Position numbers and translations under genes: made by a program. A DNA stretch of 64,000 nt from Takakia lepidozioides (lineage: Eukaryota; Plantae; Bryophyta), in contig CM060731.1 in NCBI GenBank assembly GCA_030704615.1, positions 68,386,001 through 68,450,000 on the forward strand, in the 5' to 3' direction. Shown piece by piece: positions 39,680 through 49,914 of this stretch. The notes under the pieces were generated by a model. That model worked only from the letters and a program-made list of their open reading frames with translations. It searched no databases and was not told the origin of the DNA. Position 1 is the stretch's first letter, and each line of letters opens with the position of its first letter.

Positions 39680-40439
39680 ATGGCTGGGGGAAATGAGGAC
39701 GTAATTGAAGGGCAAGTCTCGTCTCTTAGCCTGTGCACACAAGGGGACATGATTTATGTTTCCCAAGGAACTCAGACTGATTTGAGTGGAGAACAGTTGG
39801 ATGAGTTGATTGCATACTGGGAGTCAGGCATTAGCAGTAGACAACAAACTGCTGTAGTTGGCGTTGATGGCCTCAATGTTGCTTTGGATAGTCAGAACTC
39901 TGTTGGAGCCAGCAGTTCTGAAGCTGTAGGTGAAATACCAAAGTGGGTGAAAGCTAGGCTTGGAACACAACCAAAGACAGCCCCAGGGACCAAGATGTCC
40001 AGCCACAAGGCCGTGGTGTACTGGAGCAGAGGAGCAGGAGCTGCACAAGTTTGTGCAATCAGACATGGTTGCAGCGGATACGCTCTGCACAAGGCAACCA
40101 CGAGCGGGGGTTCATTAGCAATGACAAGTTTGTTTTGCTTGAAGGAGATGCAGTCATTCGCAATGAGGACACCCGCAACCGTCTCAAAGCTTTCGAGTTG
40201 AGAGACTATCAAACCCCCCTTTGTTTTCTTTCGTGTTCAGTGAGCGGGAGATAGGGGAGTATTGCTTTGTCTCTACCTGGCAGAAAGAGGAGGAGGGTTG
40301 GTTAGAGCGAGCTACTGTAGCTTGGGACAAGGTTAGTGGCAGGTTTCTGGACATAGATATACCTCCTACACCCTTACCATCATGCAGAGCGAGGCACTTT
40401 GAGAGAAGTCTGGCAGTTGATAGCATAGATCAGGATTAG
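39680..40439 (+). pseudogene. Accessory ORF upstream of gag (about 250 aa across frameshifts), function unknown
   Basis: Conserved in the second copy (about 61610-62276, - strand): MAGG.D.IEG..SSLSL, GEIPKWV.ARLGTQPKT.PGTK..SHKAVVYWSR, FSEREI.EYCFVSTWQ.EEEGWLER...WDKVS.RFLDIDIPPTP, DSIDQD*. Confidence 0.6.
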
Positions 40440-40933
40440 ATCTTGCTTGGGGGCTTCTATTCTTCCCCTCCATCTCTGTACTATTTTCATTACCTTGTAC
40501 TCGTAGTTGCCAAAGCCTCTCTTGGTGGAGGCCAGTCAGGGGGGTTTTGGGCTGGGCTATTCTGCAGGATGAGCATTGCAGCTGGATTTTGGTGTGGGGG
40601 TGTTGATGTTTTGATTTCTTGTGTTTGGATCCTCCCCAACACCTGCATGCTTGACTGTGCGCCATGTTGGTTTTGTGTGGGCGCTTGCTTTCATAGGGAT
40701 TAGGCCGGATTTGATCACCGATCAATCCTAGAGTATGCTGTCGGTGATGAGGCTGGAGTGATGACCAGCAAGACCACCAGTGTTTCTTCTATGGTGAGGC
40801 TGGGTTGATGACCAGCCAACCATAGGTTCTTGCGGTGGATGCAGGTGCAGGTGCCCTGAGCCACTGGGATATGACCTTAAACTGCAACAGGTGCCTACCC
40901 GTGTCACTATTAGATTAGTAATAGAGCCTTATA

Positions 40934-42558
40934 GTGTCACGTGGGGGAGGTGCACATTGTGAGTGTCATCACGGAGTTACCCATCTGAGGGGAGTACGGC
41001 TACAGGCAGTAGCAGTGAGAGTGGGTTCACCAGACGAGGTGTTCGTTTCAGACCACCTTCACCTCCACCCTCAACTAGTGGAGAGTCAGACACAGACTCG
41101 GAGGCTTCATCAACAGGTGTGCAGTTTCATTCGCCATTGTTGTGGGACGACATGGAGGAGATGTATGGAGCTACCAAGGGGCCTCGTAGGTACTCTGGAG
41201 CTGTGGGCACATCGAGTTGGATGACTTTATCCAGGAGTTCGACAGCTGGTGTGATTTGTAGCAGATGCGCAATCCACAGCTATTCACCCCATTCATGGCG
41301 TGGAAGGGACTGTTCCAGCATTTGGAAGGCCCGCCTATGGACGATTACCATGAGTTCAGGCGAGGACATGAAGCAGAGATTGAGAAGTGGAGGATGTATT
41401 GGTCACCTGACTACGTCTCCATTACTTGAGGCACGACGCGACCAGTAGCTGCATCAGTACCAATATCTCCCACTGCAGCACTAGTAGTGGAACAAGTAGT
41501 GCCGGTACTTCTGCAGGTGGTACCAGTTCAAAAGGTGCTACTACTCCTCCTGCCACAACTACAACACATGTGCCTAGATTCAACCCGGTGGTGGAGTTCT
41601 TCCAGGAGTTGCGGAGGAACTACCAAGGTGTATGGACAGAGAAGCTGCGAAGTTTGCAAGACTTCCAGCGCAAACCAGTGAGAGCTTGCGAGAGGCCTAC
41701 ACTCGTATGAGGCGCTTCATAAGTGTGACCCAGGGGTTACTGAAGCTCAGGCAATCCAGTTCTGGTATGGAATTTTGGACAAGGAGCTCAGGAGAAGGGT
41801 GCGGGATGCAACCCTGTTACAAGCAGCCCAACCCACATTAACAGATGTGTTTCTGCTGGCTGAGCGGATTGAGCTCAACATGGTGGAGGAGCGAGTTGTT
41901 ACCATTGGGTTTGGCAAGGACATGTCTGCACGAGGCGCAGCTGCCAGCCCACAGGCACAAGGGACTACCCAACAGCGTGGTCAGGGGGGCAAGGTTTCCC
42001 AACCCAAGTTCCATGGAGCTTACAGGGACCTCAGGTGCAGAGGCCCGTGGCATCTTTTGCAGGCCAACAGCAACCAGGGGTGATATGTTGGACATGTGGA
42101 GGACCCCATGTCAAGAGAGATTGCCTAGAGAGTGGCAAAGGCCGGCACAAACACAGCCTGCACAGTTGCAGTGTGGGCATTGTGGCAAGTATGGGCATGG
42201 AGATGCCCAGTGTTATGACTTGCATCCTGAGTTGCGCCCAGGCCAGTTCCAAGGGAACAATGGTGGCCGGGGCGAGGTGGACCAGCCCAGAGAGGACGGT
42301 GGTCGGGCACGAGGTGCAGGCCAAGGGCAAGCTCAACATGGCCAAGGACGCGGAGGTCAGGGTGTTGACCAAGGCATGGCCAACCGGCTTCAGCAGCTAG
42401 AGCAGAAGCTCGCTGCCATGGCTACAGCTCAGGCAGTACCGGCTCCCAGGCGGGATGGTCCACCTCCTGCTCCTGAGGGAGAAGATATGGGAGGCATGGG
42501 ATTCATGTGCGCAGCACTACCACTAGAGCAGGTGGAGTCTGCTGCAGCCGTGACTTGA
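40934..42558 (+). pseudogene. gag: Gag (frameshifted) with two CCHC zinc knuckles
   Basis: PRRYSG..ELDDF.QEFDSWCD; ESLREAYTRMRRFI; CWTCGGPHVKRDC; CGHCGKYGHGDAQC. Confidence 0.85.
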
Positions 42559-43069
42559 GCAGCAGCACGAGTTCCTGAGCCACGAGGCAGAGGTGGAGTT
42601 GGATCCACAACGTGGGGAGGCAAGCCGTCAGGCGAGGCTGCCTCAGTCATTCACCTTGGCGGAGACAGTGTCAACGCCATCCATGGCACTAGTTCTCGCC
42701 CGACTGTTACCGAGGCGGAGGTTTCTATGCCATTGGGGAGAGCTACACGTGCATCACTGACACCTGCTGCCAAGGCTAGTGCAGCCGGTGTGTTGTTGGG
42801 GGCAGCCACCTTTGTGTGTCAAGCCCCACTATTCTTGGCAACCATGATTGCGACGCGGGGGGTAAGACCAGCTGCAGTGTTCAGACTAGCAGCAACACTC
42901 TGTGAGAGTGGGGAGGTCACTTCATCTTTTGCGGAGTTACTGGAAGGTGTAGTGGCAGAGGGATCCTCGGATTTGAGGGTCAAGACTGCCACGGCTGCGC
43001 CATGGCAAGCTGCAGCTGCCAGGTTGACAGAGCTACCAGCTAGGCTAGCCTTTGAGCGTCATGGTGACA

Positions 43070-43460
43070 CCTGGAGTTGTCTTGTTAGACAACCAGGATG
43101 GCATTTTCTCTTTGAGTGGACCGGCAGGCAAGAAGTACCGGCCACTGCGGGTCTTGTTGGACTCGGAGCTCAGCCATTGATGTTGGGCAGAGCTGCTATT
43201 GCAGGTTTGGGCCTCATGGAGGCGGATATGGAGCCTTGTCCTTTCCAGATATAGACATCTCTGGGAGGATCAGAGCAGGCTCGGGGCATGACACGACATC
43301 AGTTGGCATTAGACTGCAGCCGGATCATCCTATCGATGGCTCAGTAATGCGAGCCAAGGCCATTGTGACAGACGCGGTCTCTTACGATGTCCTCGTTGGG
43401 GGGGCAGTGTTATACCCCATGGGCTTCACCCTGGACTTTTGGGAGGAGTCAGCATTCTAC
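43070..43460 (+). pseudogene. Retropepsin-type aspartic protease
   Basis: VLLDSG-AQPLMLG (1-nt frameshift here; intact as PVLLDSGAHPFMLG in the - copy, ORF 58444-59076) and a downstream YDVLVG motif. Confidence 0.8.
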
Positions 43461-43639
43461 AGGCCTGGATCCATTGGGGTACGAGCAAGGATTTGCAGCA
43501 GGTTGCTGATCGACGGGTGCAACAAGCCTGGGTAGAGGCTTTTGTACCGTCAGGAGAGGAGGAGAGTGCGGGTATTGCACCAGGACCACCTCAGTTGTCA
43601 CCATTGGATACCACACCTATTGTGTGGCAGTATCCGGAT

Positions 43640-44600
43640 GAAGGCATTTGCCTTCTGGACTTGTTTGGCGGGATCAGCACCGGATTGGCTGCTATGCTAC
43701 AGGCAGGTGTGCGGGTAAGGCGTTACCTGTATGTGGAGAGGGATGAGACTGCACGACGTGTCTCACTACGCCATGTTGCTCAGTTGGTACAGTAGTACCC
43801 TGCTTTGTTGCCAGTGACCAACAAGCCTTGCCAGCAGACATTTCGTTGCTGGGGGCGCCGGATTTGGAGCAGGTTGGCTCCATTGATCTGGTAGTGGCAG
43901 GTTGGCCCTGCCAAGGGCATTCATCAGCCGGGCATGGCAATGGATTGCAAACTCGAGGACGGGTCTGTTTTGGGAGATGGTGCGGATTTTGCGCCACTTG
44001 CAACTTCATCAAGCTGTATCGCCAACATACATCTTGGAGAATGTGCCACTGATGGGCAATTCTCGGGCCAGGGTGATGGCCAGTGTGCATCAAGTCCGGT
44101 CGTGGCTTGGGTCAGCAGTGATGCTGGATGCAGCTGCAGTGGGATCACGGGCTCATCGTCCACGGCTATGGTGGACTAACTTGATGCCACCTGCACTGCT
44201 CAAGCGTGCATTTGATTGGGGTGCAGCGGCCAACACACCTCATAGTGGACAACATTTTGGACACAGGGAGCAGTCTCAACGTGTGAGACACGATGACCGT
44301 TCGCCTTTGGCAGTGGTCAACAGGGTGGGTCAACCACGAGCAGCATTACCTACACTGCTCAGCTTCCCAGGATCCCATGCTTTTCGGGATGGTGGACCTG
44401 GCCTCCTGTGGGATGCTCAGTTGCAACAGTTAGTGAGAGCCTGGTATGCCAACAGCGGAGAGAGGGCAAAGGGGGTTTTAGTCCATCTGGGAGGGGACCA
44501 CGTTGGTGCCTTCTCTTTCTGAGCATCACGTGTCAGGTGTTGGGGCAGCAATGGATCTCAATTGCTTGACCTTGATTATCAGCTTGGCTATGGCTGAACA
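43640..44600 (+). pseudogene. C5 DNA-cytosine methyltransferase domain within pol (DNMT3-like motif style)
   Basis: Motif I LLDLFGGIST (about 43652-43681), II YVERD, IV DLVVAGWPCQG (Cys codon 43909-43911), VI YILENV (ENV 44037-44045), VIII AHRPRLWWTN (44151-44180), IX EPNADERERAM.F (clearer in the - copy), X RQVLG.AMD. Canonical, non-permuted order. Confidence 0.92.
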
Positions 44601-45079
44601 ACGTAGAGTGCGGAGTGCACTTTCCTTGACGGTCTCTCTGCCTACCAGACGGTACAGGCAGCGAGTGGGGGCGAGCCGGTGAGGACCACGGGGTGTAGAC
44701 ATCCATGGCACACGTGGGAGGTGCTCGAGGTTCAGAGGGAGTTGGCAACCAAGGCAGCTGTGATGGATGAGGTTGGGGATTCTTCTCGGGATGAGGAGGT
44801 TCTAAATGATAGATGATGGGGCAGGCTGAGGCCTTGTCATTGACTGAGCAGGAAGGGAGTACTGCTCAAGAGGTTGGCAGCAATAGCAACCACGGGACGC
44901 GTCCTCTACCTCTAAGCCCACTGGACTTAAGGTTGCAGTTACGGAGGACAATTGGAGCCTGACATTGGACCCATTGTCACCGGAGGAGAGAGACGACGTA
45001 TACGGTGGTTCTGAGGCTTACAAGAATTGCTTTGGCCTTCAGTTTGAAGTACTTGGAGCACTGAAGGGTCCAGAGATCC

Positions 45080-46041
45080 GTATTGATTGGCCATTGACAC
45101 GCCAATCTTTCGGAGACCCTATAGATACAGTGACATGGAGAGGTCTTTGATTCAGATAGGACTCAGATCTCTGGGAGGCAGGTTTGGTGGAGCTCTCTGG
45201 TGGAGAGTATTCTTCATCAGCCACATTGATGCCAGCCAAGAAGGATGTCTATGGCAATTGGACGGAGAGACGTATATGCCATGATTACCGGCCTGTAAAT
45301 CGTTAGACCAAGTCCGATAGGTATGCCATGCCGACACCAGAGGAGATCTTTGATGCCATTGGGCATTCCAAGGTCTTTAGCACGTTGGATTTACGATCCA
45401 GATATCACCAGTTGCCGATCAAAGAGGCGGATAAGCAAAAGACGACATTCTGGGGGATCAATGAGCACGGGAAGGATTGCCTATATACCATGGCGGTTCT
45501 TACCATTTGGCTTAAAACGCTCCCGCTGAGTTTCAAAGAGTCATGGACATGATTCTAGCAGGGGTGGAGTTTGCTCGGTGCTACATAGATGACATCACAT
45601 CATCTTTAGTGCTATGGTGGAGGAGCATGAGAGACACCTTCAGGGGGTATTTGAGCGCTTGAGGACGCACGGATTGAAGTTACATCCGGGCAAGTGCAAG
45701 TTTTTCCACAACCAGATTGAGTATTTGGGTCACATGATATATCCTGGAGGATTGGGGGTACATCAGACTAAGGTAGAGTCCATTGCACAGGTTCCACGCC
45801 CCACGGATGTGAGCCGAGTTCGAGCTTCATCATGGGGTTAGCAAACTATTACAGACGGTTTGTTAAGGATTTAATGCCATTGCAAAGGGTCTAACCAAGC
45901 TGACCAAGGTGGACCAGGAGTGGCAGTGGGAAGATGAGCAAGAACAAGCTTTTCAAGAGCTCAAGGCGAGGTTGACCTCGGCGCCCATCTTGAGACGACC
46001 TATCAGGGGGCGTCTTTTTTCAGCTGCATACAGATTGGAGC
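45080..46041 (+). pseudogene. Gypsy-type reverse transcriptase (frameshifted)
   Basis: PIFRRPYRYS; DYRPVN; MPTPEEIFD..FSTLDLRS.YHQ; LPFGLKNAP; YIDD (about 45582-45593); KLHPGKCKF..IEYLGH. Confidence 0.9.
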
Positions 46042-48021
46042 ATGCTGGGGCTTGGAGCGATGCTCACAGAGGTGGATGATGAGGGAAGAGAGTTCGTAGT
46101 GGCTTATGCTAGCCGCTCGAACAATGCTGCAGAGTCTAAGTATAGCTCATATGAGGGAGAATGCTTAGCTGCAGTGTGGGCCGTGGCACACTTCAGGTGC
46201 TATCTATACGGCAATCTCTTCACCCTTGTCACGGATCACCAACCACTCAAGTGGTTGATGGAGTCAGACAAGCTTACGGGGAAGCTTGCACGATGGGAAA
46301 TCATCCTTCAAGAGTATGACTTTCAGTTGGTGCATCGACCGGGTTTGGTCAATCGCAATGCAGATGGGTTGAGTCACAATCCATGTACGAGCCAGCAGGA
46401 TGACACTGGAGCTCGGTGGCATGGTGAGACGGACGAGGAGATGGTGCCCGGATGGCATGCATCTGCATTTCTGTGTATCTTGGCAGCGGAAGGCCAGGTT
46501 GGACCTGCAACAGGGATGACTGTAGATCAAGTGTCTGAGGACCCTGAGGCCAGCAATGAGCAAGGTGGCGCCAAAGATATACATGAGGATTCAGTTGTGT
46601 TGGACTACCTCCGCACTGGAACCACTGCAGCCACTGTGACTGCCAAGGAGAGGGATCGGATCCTACAACGAGCCAAGAGGTTCAAGTGGGAGGGGACACA
46701 CCTGCTCCGAGTGTGGGAGGATGGTCAAGTGAGGATTGTGCCTCACCCAACACAGCGGGCACGGTTAGTGCGGCATGCCCATGAGGAGTTGGGACATTTT
46801 GGGGTGCGACGCACTCATAGTCTACTCCAGGGGCAGTATTGGTGGCGTGGTATGCACACAGAGGTGCAACAATTTGTGGCTAGGTGCATGGTGTGTGACA
46901 AGGTGCGTGCTTCATTCAACGCCCCTACTCCACAATTGCACCCTCTTCCGATCATGGGATTGGGCTACAGGTGGAGTCTTGACTTCGCAGGGCCATTGCC
47001 ACTGACCATGCATCACAATAAGTACATGTTGGTGATGGTGGAGCACTTCTCCAAGTGGATTGAGTTGGTTCCATTGCCTGATAAGGTTAGTGAGGGAGCT
47101 GAGTATGCATTCTTGGATTGTGTGCTTAGCCGATTCGGTGCTCCAGCTGAGGTACTCACGGACCAAGGGAGAGAGTTCTTGGGGGAGTTTCAGGCTTTGT
47201 GTGACAAGGCCTTGATAGACAACCGCACCACTTCTCGGGATCATCCTGAGGCCGATGGCTTGGCAGAGAGAGTTGTTCAGACAGTAAAGAGGGGTTTGCG
47301 CAAGTATGGCTTGAAAAAGGGACACCTAGGAGATTGGGACCTTCAGTTACCCTGGTTAGCCATGAGCTACAGGTTCAGCAAGCAAGCATCACTTGCCTCC
47401 TTCTCACCATACTTTCTTCTCTTTGGCCGAGAGCCGGATTTGCCTGCATCCATTCGCAGAGAAGCTGCTGCAGTTCCTAACCTTGACGATCCGGACGTGT
47501 GGGCACGTGCATGTGAGCAGCGTGCAGAGTTGTTCAAGAAAGTCATGCCCATGGCTTTCGAAAACCTTGACATCGCACAACACCGTGATACGTTGAGGTA
47601 TGCTACCATACGTGGTGGGGGCTATCGTCCTGGGGTTCGAAGATTCAACCCTGGTGACTATGTTTACCTGCAGCAGACTGCTCCTACGACCTTGGATGTG
47701 ACTGCAGGACGTGTTATTTTGAGGGTTCGAGAGGTCTTGCCCTCAGGCGTCTTGGTCTTGGAGGGTCGGGATGGCATAACTTGGAAGGACCATGTGCGTA
47801 ATTGTGCGCCATGTCACCTTCCGAATGTCGATGGCAGGATAGACCCAAACTTGGCAGTGGTATCTGCAGGTTTGAGGTGCATGTTGTATGGGTCTGCTAG
47901 AGGGGCAGCCACCATGCTGGTGTGTGATCGATGCTCTAGAGGTTGGCATATGGGATGCTTGACTCCACCTCTTGAGATGGTTCCGGATGGGGATTGGTTA
48001 TGTCCACATTGCATTGGATAG
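46042..48021 (+). CDS. pol: Pol C-terminal part: RNase H, integrase (HHCC + DDE) and C-terminal PHD finger; uninterrupted 659-aa frame
   Basis: VVAYASR..YSSYEGECLA; VTDHQPL; NADGLS; HEELGH..CMVC; WSLDFAGP, LTDQGREF, DGLAERVVQTVK; CDRCSRGWHMGCLTPPL..VPDGDWLCPHC. Confidence 0.92.
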   Translation: MLGLGAMLTEVDDEGREFVVAYASRSNNAAESKYSSYEGECLAAVWAVAHFRCYLYGNLFTLVTDHQPLKWLMESDKLTGKLARWEIILQEYDFQLVHRPGLVNRNADGLSHNPCTSQQDDTGARWHGETDEEMVPGWHASAFLCILAAEGQVGPATGMTVDQVSEDPEASNEQGGAKDIHEDSVVLDYLRTGTTAATVTAKERDRILQRAKRFKWEGTHLLRVWEDGQVRIVPHPTQRARLVRHAHEELGHFGVRRTHSLLQGQYWWRGMHTEVQQFVARCMVCDKVRASFNAPTPQLHPLPIMGLGYRWSLDFAGPLPLTMHHNKYMLVMVEHFSKWIELVPLPDKVSEGAEYAFLDCVLSRFGAPAEVLTDQGREFLGEFQALCDKALIDNRTTSRDHPEADGLAERVVQTVKRGLRKYGLKKGHLGDWDLQLPWLAMSYRFSKQASLASFSPYFLLFGREPDLPASIRREAAAVPNLDDPDVWARACEQRAELFKKVMPMAFENLDIAQHRDTLRYATIRGGGYRPGVRRFNPGDYVYLQQTAPTTLDVTAGRVILRVREVLPSGVLVLEGRDGITWKDHVRNCAPCHLPNVDGRIDPNLAVVSAGLRCMLYGSARGAATMLVCDRCSRGWHMGCLTPPLEMVPDGDWLCPHCIG

Positions 48022-48365
48022 TGGGAGTGGATACAACCATGGAAGGCTAACAAGAAACGCAAGGCCCAGCTATTAGGAGACCTTGAACACACGAGGTCCT
48101 GGCTCAAGTTCACAGATTGCAAGACGACGACTAACGATGGGGCTACTCTTGTACCCGGCCTCTTGGTCTATAGAGTTTGAGTGCAATAGGGACAGTGATA
48201 GCGGACTTAGTACGGCTGTGGCTATTACATCTTGTAGCTATCTAGAGGTAGAGGGACCTACCCACCAGCTAGGGGGCGATTGTGGCAGACTACTTTATTG
48301 TGCATATATGTGTGGTGTGGTTTGGACAGCGATGTAGTTGTGTAGTGATACGTATGCGCACGACA

Positions 48366-48878
48366 GCACCTTCTTCAACACATTCCACCATGTTTTTTCC
48401 TCTTATCAGAATCGGCCATGTTGAATTCTGCAAGTTAGCTGGTTGAGTGAACCTTTGATAGTTTGGAGTGACTGACATGATACTGCCAATGTGACAACAG
48501 AAAGTATCCAGAAACAGGTAACAGAGATAAGGAGAAGCTGTGGAATGAATACTTTTCTGACCCCAGTCAATGGTGGGACGATCGAGGCAAGAAGGTGAAT
48601 GCTTGTTGGATTATAGAGAGTAGCAGATGCAATTGAGCATAGGAACTAGTGTGATAAGTAGGGTTGGGGTGTTTGCTAGAACAACTCTAGGCTGTCATTG
48701 TCAGCTGCTAGCAGCAATGCAATGATGTATGCATGGTTTGTGTAGAGGCATGGATAGCTGAAGAAGCAGGGATGGAGTGTGGGTCCAGATATTTCATCCA
48801 AGAGGGCCGGATTTCAAGCATAAGGTAACCTATGATTCCCTGTGGATCAATAGCTACAAGAAACCTGCATGGGTAGAT
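48366..48878 (+). pseudogene. Continuation of the OSB PDF-motif gene fragment interrupted by the retroelement
   Basis: Matches 36002-36255. Reads EKLWNEYFSDPSQWWDDRGKK|gt, then HPRGPDFKHKVTYDSLWINSYKKPAWVD. Confidence 0.8.
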
Positions 48879-48884
48879 ATCTAT

Positions 48885-49914
48885 CACTGACCAAAAGGCA
48901 GAAAGTAGTTCATGGCTTTTAGCATGCCTGCGGAGACGTAGTGTAGATATAGTATGTCACCCTTTATCATGGCTGGATTTTGTTGACTTTGTTCCAACAC
49001 TTATTGTCTTGGATTCTATTCTGTTTTTTGAATGGTGAATCTTCAAGAGTATTTTGGATTTGCAGATTCACTTCGAATGTATGGGAATTGTAGGAGAATT
49101 ATATGGGAATGTATGAATCACTTACACACCACTCTGTCAGTGGTATATGTAAGACTGTGACAGTATGCAAGAGTGGTTGTACTCCTCCAGATGTAGCCCC
49201 AATCACTTACATACCACTCTGGTAGTAATAATTCAAAAACATGGTTCCTACTTGGTGGGACATACTGGATGACTTCGTCAGTGATTTTAGCACACAACCT
49301 AACCACTACATTGATACTGGTAGAACCACTCAGTAAGTGGTTTTAGCACACATCAATACTATTAGAACCACACATTCAGTGATAATATACATTGTTTATT
49401 CTCGAATCATGACTATTAGAGTCATTTAAGTCTCACTCACATAGTTGTTTGTGAAGTCATTGCATTTTTTAGCACATCCCTAAAATAGGGCACGTGCTCA
49501 TTTGCAATATCGCCACGTGTCCAGATAATGGAGCCCATAATCGTCTAATTGGATTCGGCCACGTTTCCATATGGATACGGACACGTGTCCGTCCATTGCT
49601 AAGCATGATCGACGGAGTTATTGCGTCCACGTTGCATACGGTGGAAGTGGTCTATGTTCTGAAGTGGCTAGTTTACCACTGTGACACATCATAAGTGGTT
49701 AGTTTATCACTGTGACACATAAGCGAACAGCTGGACTCGGAGGCAAGTGATCGTAATCACTGTCTTTAACCACTTTGGACACGTCATGTCTTTAACCACT
49801 GCTGAGTCAAGATCCACTGGTTCTAGACCACTCTGGGGCCAGAGTGGTTGGGTGTCTTTTCCCACTCAAAATGAGTGGTTGCCAGAGTGGTTATTCCGCG
49901 TTTTTCCTCTAGTG
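48885..49914. mobile_element. CACTA-type terminal segment (duplicated at about 54726-55754)
   Basis: Dense ACCACT/AGTGGT subterminal repeats in both orientations, ending in CTAGTG (reverse complement CACTAG) exactly where the - strand Gypsy copy is cut. Confidence 0.65.

Larger units (their letters stand above)
36907..48365 (+). mobile_element. Ty3/Gypsy-type retroelement carrying a C5 DNA methyltransferase and a PHD finger (about 11.46 kb)
   Basis: Boundaries come from the paralogous empty site at about 35990-36020 (aatgaaggcaccttc). Termini are TGTC...GACA. Internal order is gag-PR-DNMT-RT-RH-INT-PHD, with a purine tract at 48271-48279. Confidence 0.85.

Noticed and set aside
40880-40910. 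...GCAACA|GGTGCC as a 5' LTR end plus PBS
   Set aside because: The upstream sequence is not repeated after the PPT at 48271, and I cannot match the following bases to a tRNA 3' end by eye.
43640-44600. Host DRM/CMT/MET1 gene or bacterial contamination as the source of the MTase
   Set aside because: Intronless, embedded between protease and RT, present at the same position in both element copies, non-permuted, with no UBA/BAH/chromo domains and plant/TE flanks.
28513-49914. One giant CACTA from 28513 to the TAGTG at 49914/55754
   Set aside because: The terminal sequences differ after CACTA, the subterminal motifs differ, and there is no matching 3-bp TSD.
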